From NCBI GenBank assembly GCA_045541355.1, contig JAZQIW010000071.1, positions 7,795 through 71,794 of the forward strand: a stretch of 64,000 bases of DNA, read 5' to 3'. The translations under genes and the position numbers were made by a program. Source of the DNA: Eubacteriales bacterium. Its GTDB lineage: Bacteria; Bacillota; Clostridia; Oscillospirales; CAG-382. The notes below the pieces were generated by a model. That model searched no databases. It saw nothing but the letters and a program-made list of their open reading frames with translations, and was not told where the DNA came from. The number at the start of each line of letters is the position of its first letter. Positions within the stretch are counted from its first letter, which is position 1. Below, piece after piece: positions 18,986-29,025 of this stretch.

Positions 18986-21160
18986 ATGGGAAGACTTTGG
19001 TATAATAAGTGCGCAGATGTATGGGATGAAGCGCTGCCTGTCGGAAATGGCAGAATAGGTGCAATGGTTTACGGCTCGGCACTTTGTGATAGACTTCAGC
19101 TTAATGAAGAGACGCTTTGGTCCGGAAATCCAACATTTATGAATAAAAATCATACCATGGATGAAATGCTCGCAATACGTTCTCTTGTAAAAAGAGGAGA
19201 GTACGATAAGGCGGATGAGCTTGCAGCGAAAACCATGTTCGGTGCCGCAACGCAGCACTATGTTTCCTACGGAAATATGTTTGTTGAAATGCTATTTGGT
19301 AACGGTCTTAAACAGTATAAAGCGGGAGCAGGAGTCGAAAGCCATATAAAGGACTATTGCCGCGAGCTTGATTTGGATACGGGCATTGTGCGCACTACCT
19401 TTAAGGTTAATGATTTTGATATTACAAAGGAGTGCTTTGTATCTCTTGCCGATGATGTGCTTGTAATGAATGTGTACTCGGCAGGAGGAAAAGGCTTTGA
19501 CCTTCACGTGTATACGGCACCCGAGCTTGAAGCGAGTACAACTGCAAAAAAAGGCTTGCTGACGACGATGGGTAGATGCCCTTGCGAATGTGATGACTTT
19601 GGAAATCAGATATATGATGAGCGTGAAAGCATTCATTTCTGTAACAGAATAGCCCTTGTCGGAAGTAAGTATACCCATGGAGGAGGCGGAGGACTCTGGA
19701 TGCACTGGGATAAGGTGACTGTAATAATGTCGCTTAAAACAAGCTTTAACGGCTTTGATAAAATGCCTGTTTCAGAGGGTAAGGAGTATGTGAATGCAAG
19801 CCTTGAAACGCTTGAGGCTGCCAAAAAATATAGCTATGAAGAGCTTCGAGCGAGACATATATCAGAATATAAAAAGCTGTATGACAGAGTTGAAATCGGC
19901 TTTGACTGCGAAAAATATGATGATGAGCCGACAGACTTAAGAATAGTTAAAGCGGGAGAAGGCAGAGAGGACTTGAGCCTTGTAAAAGACCTTTTTGACT
20001 TTGGCCGTTACCTTACAATTTGTGCAAACGCTAAAGGAACACAGCCTGCAAATCTTCAGGGTATCTGGAATTACCATGTGATGTCGCCCTGGAGATGTAA
20101 TTATACAATGAATATCAATACCGAGATGAATTACTGGCCGACAGAAACAGTAAATCTTCCCGAATGTCATATGCCGCTTATGAATATGATAAAGGAGCTT
20201 GCTTCAAAGGGAAACAGAATAGGACTTTCGGGCTGGTGCTCGTGGCATAACAGCGATATCTGGAGATTTAATGTTGAAGCATCAAACGGGCCTATGTGGG
20301 GATTTTGGCCAATGGGAGGCTTCTGGTGTGTGAGACATATCTGGGAGCATTATATCCATACACAGGATAAGGCATTCTTGGAGGAAATGTATCCAATCAT
20401 GGTGGGTGCTGTTGATTTCCTTGATGATTGGATGTATGAGAATGAAAACGGAAAGCTTGTTACATGCCCTTCCACATCCCCCGAGAATAACTTTCTTTAT
20501 AATGGAAGAGAATGTGCTGTTTGTGAAGCAAGCGCTATGGATATGTCAATAATCCATGACCTTCTTTCAAAGACCGTCAAGGCAAGTAAGGTACTTGGAA
20601 AAGACGCTGAACGTTTTGAAAATATGCTTGGAAGGCTGGAAAAAGTGAAGATAGGAGAAGACGGCAGAATACTTGAATGGGGCAGAGCTCTTGAGGAAAG
20701 CGAACCCGGTCACAGACACGTTTCCCATCTTTACTTCCTGTATCCTTCGGATATATTCAATACACAGGAATATAAGGACGCAGCAAGGAAAACGCTCGAC
20801 TTCAGAATGAGTCATGGCGGAGGACATACAGGATGGTCAAATGCATGGATTTCGGCACTTTATGCACGCCTTGGCGACGGTGAAAAGGCGGCATGGCATA
20901 TAAGGAATATGTTTAAGAACTCAATTTATTTGAATATGCTTGATTCTCACCCGCCGTTCCAGATTGACGGTAACTTCGGCATTACTGCCGCAATATGTGA
21001 AATGCTTGTTCAAAGCCATGACGGGAACGTAAAGCTCCTTGCGGCAATTCCTAAGGCATGGGAAAAGGGCGGCTTTGTAAGAGGATTTAAGATACGTGAC
21101 GGCAGAACCCTTAGCTTTGAATGGAAAGACGGTAAGGTAGTAAAAGAGCAGATAATTTGA
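18986..21160 (+). CDS. glycoside hydrolase family 95 (alpha-L-fucosidase type), no signal peptide
   Basis: N-terminus W..ALPVGNGRIGAMVYG....RLQLNEETLWSG is the GH95 N-terminal signature as I recall it. About 720 aa is typical for the family. Confidence 0.75.
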   Translation: MGRLWYNKCADVWDEALPVGNGRIGAMVYGSALCDRLQLNEETLWSGNPTFMNKNHTMDEMLAIRSLVKRGEYDKADELAAKTMFGAATQHYVSYGNMFVEMLFGNGLKQYKAGAGVESHIKDYCRELDLDTGIVRTTFKVNDFDITKECFVSLADDVLVMNVYSAGGKGFDLHVYTAPELEASTTAKKGLLTTMGRCPCECDDFGNQIYDERESIHFCNRIALVGSKYTHGGGGGLWMHWDKVTVIMSLKTSFNGFDKMPVSEGKEYVNASLETLEAAKKYSYEELRARHISEYKKLYDRVEIGFDCEKYDDEPTDLRIVKAGEGREDLSLVKDLFDFGRYLTICANAKGTQPANLQGIWNYHVMSPWRCNYTMNINTEMNYWPTETVNLPECHMPLMNMIKELASKGNRIGLSGWCSWHNSDIWRFNVEASNGPMWGFWPMGGFWCVRHIWEHYIHTQDKAFLEEMYPIMVGAVDFLDDWMYENENGKLVTCPSTSPENNFLYNGRECAVCEASAMDMSIIHDLLSKTVKASKVLGKDAERFENMLGRLEKVKIGEDGRILEWGRALEESEPGHRHVSHLYFLYPSDIFNTQEYKDAARKTLDFRMSHGGGHTGWSNAWISALYARLGDGEKAAWHIRNMFKNSIYLNMLDSHPPFQIDGNFGITAAICEMLVQSHDGNVKLLAAIPKAWEKGGFVRGFKIRDGRTLSFEWKDGKVVKEQII

Positions 21161-21211
21161 TTTTTCGTGCGGCAGAGAGCTGTATTATACTTGAAAAAGG
21201 AGGCGTGGATT

Positions 21212-23620
21212 TTGCAATATATATTCTCGGAAAGCAGACGTGAAGTTCACGCCTCAGTCAGAGAAATGTGCGAATTTCTTTATAGAACGGGCAATGTGTA
21301 TTCGGGCGGAACGGATATTACCGGGAATGCCATGCTTGTCGGAGCAAGAATACATAGAGAGCTTCAGAGCAGATATAAAAAAGAATACCCCGGCTATGAG
21401 TCGGAGTATCACGTGAAGTATTGTGAGGAATATGACGGCTTTGAATATGAAATAGCCGGAAGTATTGACGGTATTCTTCAAAAGGGCGATGCTACACTTA
21501 TTGATGAATTTAAGACAACAAGCGTTGAGCTTGAAAAGCTGGAGTGGGATACCGTAAAGGCATATTCGGCACAGCTTATGTGCTACGGCTTTATGTATGC
21601 GGCAAATAATTCACTGAACTTTATAACATTGAGACTTACATATTATAACTATGATGACGATGATGTAAAGACGCTTGAGAGGGAGTTTACCTTTACAGAG
21701 CTGAGAGGGTGGTTTGATGAGTTTTTGGCACTTCATGTGAAGTGGGCAAAGCTTGTGTATGAGCATAAGATGCGCCGTAATGAGTCGCTTCGTTCTCTTA
21801 CGTTTCCCTTTAAAGAATATAGATATGGCCAGCGTGGACTTTCGGCAAAAATATATAGGTGTATAAGGGATGCAAAACGGCTTTTTGCCGAGGCACCTAC
21901 GGGAATCGGAAAAACCGTTTCAACGCTGTTCCCCTCGCTGAAAGCACTTGGAGAAGAGATAGGTGATAAGGTCTTTTACTTGTCGGCAAAGAATGTAGGG
22001 GCTATAACTGCACAGGATACCTTGTCTCTGTTTTGCAGCAAGGGTGCTGTCATAAAATATATTACTCTAACTTCAAAGGAAAAAATATGTCCGAAGCAGC
22101 GAAATTGCCTGCCGAGTGAATGTGAGTATTCAAAGGGACACTATGATAGGGTAAATGATGCCTTGTATGCTTTGGTGAGCGAGAATAATGTTGTGACAAA
22201 GCAGCTTGTCCTTGAATATGCCGAAAAATATAAGGTGTGCCCGTTTGAGCTTCAGCTTGATGTATCCGAATATTGCGATGTGGTTGTTGGGGACTATAAT
22301 TATGTCTTTGATATGAGGGCAAAGCTCCAAAGGTATTTTTCCGACGGCGGCGATTATATAACCCTTGTTGATGAGGCGCATAACCTTGTGGATAGGGCAA
22401 GGGAGATGTACTCAGCTTCCATTTCATATTTGTTTATAAAGAAATTTCATAAGCATTTCAAGGGGATGCGAAGGCTTGTCGGAAGCCTTAATAAATGCCT
22501 TTCAAGAATGAAAAAGTACCATGAGGCAATGATACTTGCCAATAAAACACAGCTTAAAATACCCTTTTCCGAAAATGATATCGAGCCTTTCAGAAATTTT
22601 TGCGAGGCGTATAGACAGTTTCTTGCAAAGGAAGGAAACGATGAGGTAAAGAAGAATACCCTTGAGCTGTTCTTTGAAATGAGCTTTTTTGTTGAAATTT
22701 TTGATATAGAGACAGTTTTTCAGGAGGACTATATTGATTTTTGCGAGGTGGGCGGGGATGATACGGTGATCAAGCTGTTTTGTGCCGATCCGTCACGCCA
22801 GATAAAGCTCGCTACAAATAAAATGCGCTCATGTGTGTTTTTTTCGGCAACACTTACCCCTTCCGAGTATTATATAAAGATGCTCGGTGCCGACATTGAG
22901 GAGGATGAAATTATAAATGTCCCGTCTCCTTTCCCTAAAGAAAACCTTCTGTGCTGTGTCTATAAAAATATCTCAACAAGATATAAGGATAGACAAAACA
23001 GCCTTGTTTCGGTTTGCGAAATTATAAAATGCGCCATTGATAGTAAAACAGGGAATTTCCTTGCTTTCTTTCCTTCATACGGATATATGAAGGAGGTTTA
23101 TGATGAATTCTGCGTTCTATACCCCGATGTTCAAACTGTCATCCAGACACAGAATATGACAAATGAAGAGCGCGAGGAGTTTTTGTCCTGCTTTGCAGAA
23201 AGTCCAAAAGCCACTCTTGTCGGCTTTGCCCTTTGCGGAGGAGTTTTTTCCGAGGGTGTTGACCTTACGGGAGATAGACTTTCGGGTGCTGTCATTGTGG
23301 GAACGGGACTTCCGTCGGTAAGCTTCGAGAGGGATATGCTGAAAACGCATTTTGATAAGACAATCGGCGAGGGAATGGGATATAATTATGCATATACCTA
23401 TACGGGACTTAACCGCGTGTATCAGGCGGGAGGACGTGTTATCAGAACAAAGACTGACACGGGTTTTGTAATTCTTGCCGATGATAGATATGCAAAGCTT
23501 TCCCATAAGCGTACCTTTCCCGAGACATGGTCGGGTGCAAAAACAATCCTTAGTATTGATAAGCTTTCAGAAACGCTGGAAAGTTTCTGGAATGGATTTG
23601 AAGAAAAAAATAACCGCTGA
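21212..23620 (+). CDS. fusion of a RecB-family PD-(D/E)XK nuclease domain and an XPD/DinG-type Fe-S SF2 DNA helicase
   Basis: AAAGGAGG then TTG at 21212. Nuclease motifs GSIDG ... LIDEFK (DEFK 21503-21514) ... QLMCYGFMY. Walker A APTGIGKT. Four-Cys cluster CPKQRNC..C...CPFE. DEAH (22370-22381). Motif VI QAGGRVIR. Confidence 0.8.
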   Translation: MQYIFSESRREVHASVREMCEFLYRTGNVYSGGTDITGNAMLVGARIHRELQSRYKKEYPGYESEYHVKYCEEYDGFEYEIAGSIDGILQKGDATLIDEFKTTSVELEKLEWDTVKAYSAQLMCYGFMYAANNSLNFITLRLTYYNYDDDDVKTLEREFTFTELRGWFDEFLALHVKWAKLVYEHKMRRNESLRSLTFPFKEYRYGQRGLSAKIYRCIRDAKRLFAEAPTGIGKTVSTLFPSLKALGEEIGDKVFYLSAKNVGAITAQDTLSLFCSKGAVIKYITLTSKEKICPKQRNCLPSECEYSKGHYDRVNDALYALVSENNVVTKQLVLEYAEKYKVCPFELQLDVSEYCDVVVGDYNYVFDMRAKLQRYFSDGGDYITLVDEAHNLVDRAREMYSASISYLFIKKFHKHFKGMRRLVGSLNKCLSRMKKYHEAMILANKTQLKIPFSENDIEPFRNFCEAYRQFLAKEGNDEVKKNTLELFFEMSFFVEIFDIETVFQEDYIDFCEVGGDDTVIKLFCADPSRQIKLATNKMRSCVFFSATLTPSEYYIKMLGADIEEDEIINVPSPFPKENLLCCVYKNISTRYKDRQNSLVSVCEIIKCAIDSKTGNFLAFFPSYGYMKEVYDEFCVLYPDVQTVIQTQNMTNEEREEFLSCFAESPKATLVGFALCGGVFSEGVDLTGDRLSGAVIVGTGLPSVSFERDMLKTHFDKTIGEGMGYNYAYTYTGLNRVYQAGGRVIRTKTDTGFVILADDRYAKLSHKRTFPETWSGAKTILSIDKLSETLESFWNGFEEKNNR

Positions 23621-23657
23621 CGGAGAAATACCGCCGGCGGTTTTGTACTTAAATGAT

Positions 23658-25319
23658 TTATAATAATGTAACCTTGCTGTTAATGGCTGAAAATAGAGCG
23701 TTGATGGAAGCGGCGATAATGTCGTTGTGAATACCGACACCCCATCTTATCTGACCGTCAATTGTAATGCTTACATAACAGACAGCCTGTGAGGATGAAC
23801 CCTCGGAAAGAGAGTGCTCGCTGTATGTCAGATTTGAAAAATTAATACCGAGACAGTGCTTGATTGCGTTGCTGACGGCATCAAGACGGCCGTTGCCCGA
23901 GGCGGTAATAAGCCTTGGAGTGCCGTTTACTTTAATTGTGACATTTGCAAATATGTCGGGTGTTCTGACAAACTCGTAGTCTATAAGCTCAATAGGAGTG
24001 TTTATGTTTACAAACTTTTCGCAGAAAACCCTGTAAACCTCTTGGATTGAAAGCTCCTTGTGACCGAGATCCGAGGCGTGCTTTACCGCATATCCCACAG
24101 CCTCTCGCATTCTTCTGGGAATAACGAAGCCGTAGTGATGCTCGAGAAGATATCCTATACCGCCCTTGCCCGACTGGGAATTTATGCGGATAACATCTGT
24201 TTCGTATTCACGACCGATGTCCTTTGGGTCAATGGGAAGATAGGGTACACTCCATGTTTCAAGAGCATTTTGCTCGTGGAAGGATAAACTCTTTGCAATG
24301 GCATCCTGATGAGAACCTGAAAAGGCGGCAAAGACAAGCTTTCCGGAATATGGAGAACGCTCATGGATGTTCATTTTTGTAACACCCTCATAAAGCTCGC
24401 ATATTTCGGGCATATCCGAAAAATCAAGACCCGGCTCTATGCCTTGGGCGTATAAATTCATTGCAACCGTAACAATGTCTGCATTGCCTGTTCTCTCGCC
24501 GTTTCCGAAAAGAGTTCCTTCAATTCTCTCAGCGCCAGCAAGAAGCCCCATTTCACAGTCTGCAACCGCACAGCCTCTGTCATTGTGGGGATGAAGTGAT
24601 ATAATAACGCTGTCTCTGTACTTGAGATTTTTGCACATATATTCAACCTGATTTGCATAAACGTGGGGCATGGAAACCTCAACCGTAACAGGAAGATTGA
24701 TAATGGCCTTTCTGTCGGGAGACGGCTTCCATATGTCAAGAACTGCATTTGATATTTCAAGAGCAAAATCGGGCTCTGTCGCCGAAAAGGACTCAGGTGA
24801 ATATTCAAACCTTATGTTGCCGGAAAAATCCTTTGCACACTCATTAATTAAGGCTGCACCTTCTGTGGCTATTTCAATAATCTCTTCTTTTGACTTTTTG
24901 AAAACCTGCTCACGCTGAATAAAGCTTGTTGGGTTGTATAGGTGAACAATTGCGTTCTTTGCTCCCCTGATACATTCAAACGTCTTTTTGATAATATGCT
25001 CTCTTGACTGTGTCAAAACCTGAATTGTAACATCGTCGGGAATGAGATTGTCGTCAATCAGCTTCCTGATAAAATTGAATTCCGTGTCGGAAGCCGCAGG
25101 GAATCCTACTTCAATTTCCTTAAAGCCTATGGAAAGAAGCATCTTGAAAAAGTCCAGCTTTTCGTCAAGACTCATGGGAACAGTAAGTGCTTGATTTCCG
25201 TCACGAAGATCCACAGAGCACCATATGGGGGCTTTGTCTATATAATTTTTTCTTGCCCATTCCATTTCTCCCGAAGGAGCAGGGAAAAACTGCCTTGTGT
25301 ACTTTGAACTGTTTTTCAT
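23658..25319 (-). CDS. leuA: 2-isopropylmalate synthase (long LeuA form)
   Basis: 553 aa. DLRDGNQ motif, HPHNDRG motif and a C-terminal LeuA dimerisation/regulatory region. Confidence 0.85.
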   Translation of the reverse strand: MKNSSKYTRQFFPAPSGEMEWARKNYIDKAPIWCSVDLRDGNQALTVPMSLDEKLDFFKMLLSIGFKEIEVGFPAASDTEFNFIRKLIDDNLIPDDVTIQVLTQSREHIIKKTFECIRGAKNAIVHLYNPTSFIQREQVFKKSKEEIIEIATEGAALINECAKDFSGNIRFEYSPESFSATEPDFALEISNAVLDIWKPSPDRKAIINLPVTVEVSMPHVYANQVEYMCKNLKYRDSVIISLHPHNDRGCAVADCEMGLLAGAERIEGTLFGNGERTGNADIVTVAMNLYAQGIEPGLDFSDMPEICELYEGVTKMNIHERSPYSGKLVFAAFSGSHQDAIAKSLSFHEQNALETWSVPYLPIDPKDIGREYETDVIRINSQSGKGGIGYLLEHHYGFVIPRRMREAVGYAVKHASDLGHKELSIQEVYRVFCEKFVNINTPIELIDYEFVRTPDIFANVTIKVNGTPRLITASGNGRLDAVSNAIKHCLGINFSNLTYSEHSLSEGSSSQAVCYVSITIDGQIRWGVGIHNDIIAASINALFSAINSKVTLL

Positions 25320-25339
25320 TTCACTTCTCCGTTAACTTT

Positions 25340-25370
25340 AAAAATAAAAAAACTGCCGTGTATGCGACAG
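25340..25370 (-). terminator. candidate leader terminator/attenuator about 30 nt upstream of leuA
   Basis: On the minus strand, CTGTCG-CATACA-CGGCAG (6 bp, one G-U pair) is followed by TTTTTTT. It lies inside a roughly 165-nt leader. Confidence 0.4.
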
Positions 25371-25494
25371 AGAATAAAACGTTTTGGGGAGGTGTCGAGT
25401 CATTCTTCTCTGAGGCGCATTTTCGTAACTTCTTATATGCCTGTATGCCTGCCCATACCAAACGGTAGATAAAATACCTTATACTTTTATAGAA

Positions 25495-25523
25495 ATTATA
25501 TATCTTTTGTAGATTGTTGTCAA
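25495..25523 (-). promoter_or_regulatory. sigma-A type promoter of leuA
   Basis: Minus strand reads TTGACA (25523-25518), 17 nt, TATAAT (25500-25495). Confidence 0.65.
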
Positions 25524-25635
25524 GTCCTTTTGTTTTTTTTACTAATTTTCACGCTTTATTTAAAAAAGTGCCTTGTTTGCTTTGCAAGCTTGTTTTATAA
25601 TATATGATGTAATTATATATTTGGGAGATAATAAC

Positions 25636-26826
25636 ATGAATACACATAATTCGAGAAAGCTTCATAGCCTTGTAATATTCAGAAATATACTGAATGATGA
25701 GACGGTAAAAAAGCTTTTGAGCCTGTTTGATTGTGATGAAACAAATAAAAATGAGCTTACGGATAAATATTGTGATTTTGCCCGCAGTGTTCTTATAAAC
25801 GGAGGAAATTTGTCACAGCATTTTCTAAGGCTCATTCTTGAGGATGAAAACTTTTATACATCATATAAAATCACGGGAAAAGGCGACCCGGAGCTGCTTG
25901 AGCCTCTTCTTGAAAGAGAATTGTCGGTGATTGAATATCTCTCAAGATATGAGGGTGAGCAAATAAGAACCTTTACAGGTGATAAGGGGCTTGCAAGATG
26001 GAAAACCGAGGAAATAGATTTTTCTGAGGTTTATCATAAACGCCTTGGGGAGATTCACCGCAGAGGCTTTGGCATATATGCAAAGTATCATATGTTTATT
26101 CTCGGCGATGACGGAGAAATTGTTCCCATAAAGAACCCCGACCCCCAGAAGCTGTCCGAGCTTTCGGGATATGAACGTGAAAGGAACCTTATTATTGCAA
26201 ATACAAAGGCACTACTTGAAGGAAAAAGTGCAAATAACGTGCTTCTTTACGGCGATGCGGGAACGGGCAAGAGCAGTACGGTAAAGGCGATAGGAAATGA
26301 GTTTAAGGATATGGGGCTTAGGATAATCGAGCTTAAGAAGGAGCAGCTTCATTTAATACCCGCGCTCCTCGACCATATATCCGAAAAGCCCTTGAAGTTT
26401 ATTCTGTTTATTGATGACCTGACCTTCTCAAGTGATGATAAGGATTTCTGTGCACTTAAAGCAACCCTTGAAGGCGGTGTCAGCACAAGAGGCAATAATA
26501 CAATAATCTACGTAACAAGTAATCACCGCCACCTTGTTAAAGAGACTAATGCCGACAGACAGGGAGATGAAATTTCAATAGGCGATAAGATTCAGGAAAT
26601 TGTCAGCCTTTCTGCAAGATTCGGTCTCACAATTACCTACTCAAAGCCCGATAAGGATTTGTACTGCAGAATAGTAAAGGACCTTGCCGACGCCAAGGGG
26701 GTTGAGCTTGACCAAGAAAAGCTCTTTGTAAAAGCCGAGGCGTTTGCCATCCGTCACGGAGGCAGAAATCCGAGAACGGCAAAACAGTTTATAGATCTTC
26801 TTGTTTCGGGTGTCGAAAGCATATAA
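25636..26826 (+). CDS. AAA-type ATP-binding protein (DUF815-like)
   Basis: ATG at 25636 after gggagat. Walker A GDAGTGKSS and Walker B FILFIDDL. Overall layout resembles the conserved clostridial DUF815 ATPases. Confidence 0.6.
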   Translation: MNTHNSRKLHSLVIFRNILNDETVKKLLSLFDCDETNKNELTDKYCDFARSVLINGGNLSQHFLRLILEDENFYTSYKITGKGDPELLEPLLERELSVIEYLSRYEGEQIRTFTGDKGLARWKTEEIDFSEVYHKRLGEIHRRGFGIYAKYHMFILGDDGEIVPIKNPDPQKLSELSGYERERNLIIANTKALLEGKSANNVLLYGDAGTGKSSTVKAIGNEFKDMGLRIIELKKEQLHLIPALLDHISEKPLKFILFIDDLTFSSDDKDFCALKATLEGGVSTRGNNTIIYVTSNHRHLVKETNADRQGDEISIGDKIQEIVSLSARFGLTITYSKPDKDLYCRIVKDLADAKGVELDQEKLFVKAEAFAIRHGGRNPRTAKQFIDLLVSGVESI

Positions 26827-26880
26827 AATCGGAAAAACTGCATAAACTGTAAAAGATAAATATGCATTTTGGAGGAAAAA

Positions 26881-27936
26881 ATGGCACTGTATGTTATTCT
26901 TGGTGTTCTGATGTTCGGGGTGCTGATTTTTGTACATGAGCTCGGACACTTTCTCGCGGCAAAGGCGTGTGGTGTGGGAATCTATGAATTTTCCATAGGC
27001 ATGGGCCCGAAAATTGTGTCGCATAAGGGGAAAGACGATGTTTTGTATGCTCTTCGTCTTTTGCCAATAGGCGGCTTTGTCAGTATGCACGGCGAGGACG
27101 ATGACGAGCCTGTCGACGATGAAACCTCGCTTAATAAAAAAAGTATACCCAAACGCTTTTTGATAATAGGCGCAGGAGCTGCAATGAATATTATTCTCGG
27201 ACTTGTCATAGCAGCCTTTCTTGTGATTTTCGGCGAAACACTTTATTCCACCACAATTGAACGCTTCAATTTCGGCGATGAAAACGGAAATCTTATTCCC
27301 ATGCAGGAGTATATGGGACTTGAAGTGGGCGACGAAATTGTAAAGGTCGGCTCAAGAAGAATAAATGTGCGCCATGACCTTGTGTATGAGGCAATGAATG
27401 TAGGTTCAAAAAAGGTTGACATAACTGTTATAAGAGACGGCGAGAGGGTAGTGGTTGAGGATTTTGAATTTCCAACATTTACCGAAAAGGGAGTTGTGCT
27501 TGGAAATGCCAATTTCTTTGTGCCGACCGTTCTCGAAAAGACTCCCCTTGAGGTAGTAAAACAAACTTTTTGTCAGTCTGTGGCAGTAATAAGAATGATA
27601 TGGACCTCTCTTATTGATACACTGTCCGGAAAATACGGTGCCGAGGCAGTATCGGGCCCTGTCGGAGTTGTCAGCGAAATGAAGCAGACGGTAAAATACG
27701 GACCCTCGTCATTTTTCTTTTTTGTTATGATAATTACCATGAATCTCGGCGTTGTAAATCTCTTGCCGTTTCCCGCTCTTGACGGAGGAAGATTGCTTTT
27801 TCTTGTGATTGAGGCGGTCAGGGGAAAACCAATAAAACCGAAATATGAAGCTGCCGTCAACTTTGCAGGACTTGCACTTCTTATGGCACTTATGGTATTT
27901 GTAACCTTCAGCGATATTGTAAAAATTGTAAAGTGA
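26881..27936 (+). CDS. rseP: RIP site-2 zinc metalloprotease (M50, RseP/RasP)
   Basis: HELGHF zinc motif in TM1, a central PDZ-like segment and NLLPFPALDGG near the C-terminus. Confidence 0.9.
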   Translation: MALYVILGVLMFGVLIFVHELGHFLAAKACGVGIYEFSIGMGPKIVSHKGKDDVLYALRLLPIGGFVSMHGEDDDEPVDDETSLNKKSIPKRFLIIGAGAAMNIILGLVIAAFLVIFGETLYSTTIERFNFGDENGNLIPMQEYMGLEVGDEIVKVGSRRINVRHDLVYEAMNVGSKKVDITVIRDGERVVVEDFEFPTFTEKGVVLGNANFFVPTVLEKTPLEVVKQTFCQSVAVIRMIWTSLIDTLSGKYGAEAVSGPVGVVSEMKQTVKYGPSSFFFFVMIITMNLGVVNLLPFPALDGGRLLFLVIEAVRGKPIKPKYEAAVNFAGLALLMALMVFVTFSDIVKIVK

Positions 27937-27947
27937 GGAGAATAAGC

Positions 27948-29000
27948 ATGGAAAGAAGAAAAACAAGAAGTGTAAAAATAGCAAACAAAAATCTCGGCTC
28001 ACAGCATGATATTCTCATTCAGTCCATGACATATACCAAAACAGAGGATAAAGAGGCAACGCTTTCGCAGATTCAGTCTCTTGAGAAGGCAGGCTGTGAT
28101 ATTGTGCGCTTCAGCGTTCCGAATGAGGCGTGCGCCGAAAGTATTCCTTACCTTAAAGAAAACAGTAATATTCCCCTCGTTGCCGATATTCATTTTGATT
28201 ATAGACTTGCTCTTCTTTCTATCGAAAGAGGCATAGATAAAATAAGGATAAATCCCGGCAATATCGGCTCAGACGATAGGGTGAAGGCGGTTGCCGATGC
28301 CTGTAAGGCAAAAAATATTCCGATAAGAATAGGCGTTAACGGCGGCTCGCTTGAAAAGCATATTTTAAATAAATACGGTGCACCTACCCCTGAGGCTCTT
28401 TGCGAGAGTGCGATGTATCACGTAAAGCTGCTTGAAAAATTCGACTTTTATGATACCGTAGTTTCCATCAAGTCCTCGGATGTTGCATCCACCATTAAGG
28501 CAAATAAGCTTTTTGCACAAATGACCGATTACCCGATTCACCTGGGAGTTACAGAGGCAGGAACGGAAAGAAGCGGTCTTATAAAATCAAGCGCGGGAAT
28601 AGGTGCTCTTTTGTGCGAGGGAATAGGGGATACTCTCAGAGTTTCGCTTTCGGATGATGTTGTAAAAGAGGTTGAGGCAGCGAAGGATTTGCTTCGGGTT
28701 CTCGGCATAAGAAAGGGAGTAAGGGTTGTGTCCTGTCCCACTTGTTCAAGATGCTCCATTGATGTTTTCTCGGCGGCAAAGAAGCTTGAAGAGACACTTA
28801 AGGATAAGGATTGGGATATAAAAATTGCAGTAATGGGCTGTGCAGTAAACGGTCCCGGTGAGGCAAGGGAAGCCGATATAGGAGTTGCAGGCGGAGTCGG
28901 TGAAGCCCTTCTATTCAAGAAGGGCGAGATTGTGGGAAAAATTCCCATGGAAGATATATATGATGTGCTTTTGAGAGAAGCAGAGAAAATGGCAAAATAA
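27948..29000 (+). CDS. ispG: 4-hydroxy-3-methylbut-2-enyl diphosphate synthase
   Basis: IQSMT, RINPGNIG and C-terminal CPTCSRC...GC.VNGPGE motifs. Conserved rseP-ispG-polC neighbourhood. Confidence 0.9.
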   Translation: MERRKTRSVKIANKNLGSQHDILIQSMTYTKTEDKEATLSQIQSLEKAGCDIVRFSVPNEACAESIPYLKENSNIPLVADIHFDYRLALLSIERGIDKIRINPGNIGSDDRVKAVADACKAKNIPIRIGVNGGSLEKHILNKYGAPTPEALCESAMYHVKLLEKFDFYDTVVSIKSSDVASTIKANKLFAQMTDYPIHLGVTEAGTERSGLIKSSAGIGALLCEGIGDTLRVSLSDDVVKEVEAAKDLLRVLGIRKGVRVVSCPTCSRCSIDVFSAAKKLEETLKDKDWDIKIAVMGCAVNGPGEAREADIGVAGGVGEALLFKKGEIVGKIPMEDIYDVLLREAEKMAK

Positions 29001-29025
29001 TTAAAGAATAAGGATGTACATATAA

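Noticed and set aside
21212-23620. Calling the nuclease-helicase fusion an anti-phage defence system (Nhi/Hachiman/DinG-type)
   Set aside because: It is a single gene flanked by metabolic genes (GH95, leuA). There are no partner genes, methylases, toxins or mobile-element signatures. A DNA-repair role is at least as likely. I kept it as an architecture of interest only.
25187-25468. 93-aa plus-strand ORF spanning the leuA start and leader
   Set aside because: It overlaps the leuA 5' end and its promoter-leader region on the opposite strand. It has no RBS and is likely non-coding.
25320-25490. Leu T-box riboswitch or Leu-rich leader peptide upstream of leuA
   Set aside because: No T-box consensus and no specifier-loop context were found by eye. 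The small leader ORFs contain at most one Leu codon. I kept only the generic attenuator hypothesis.
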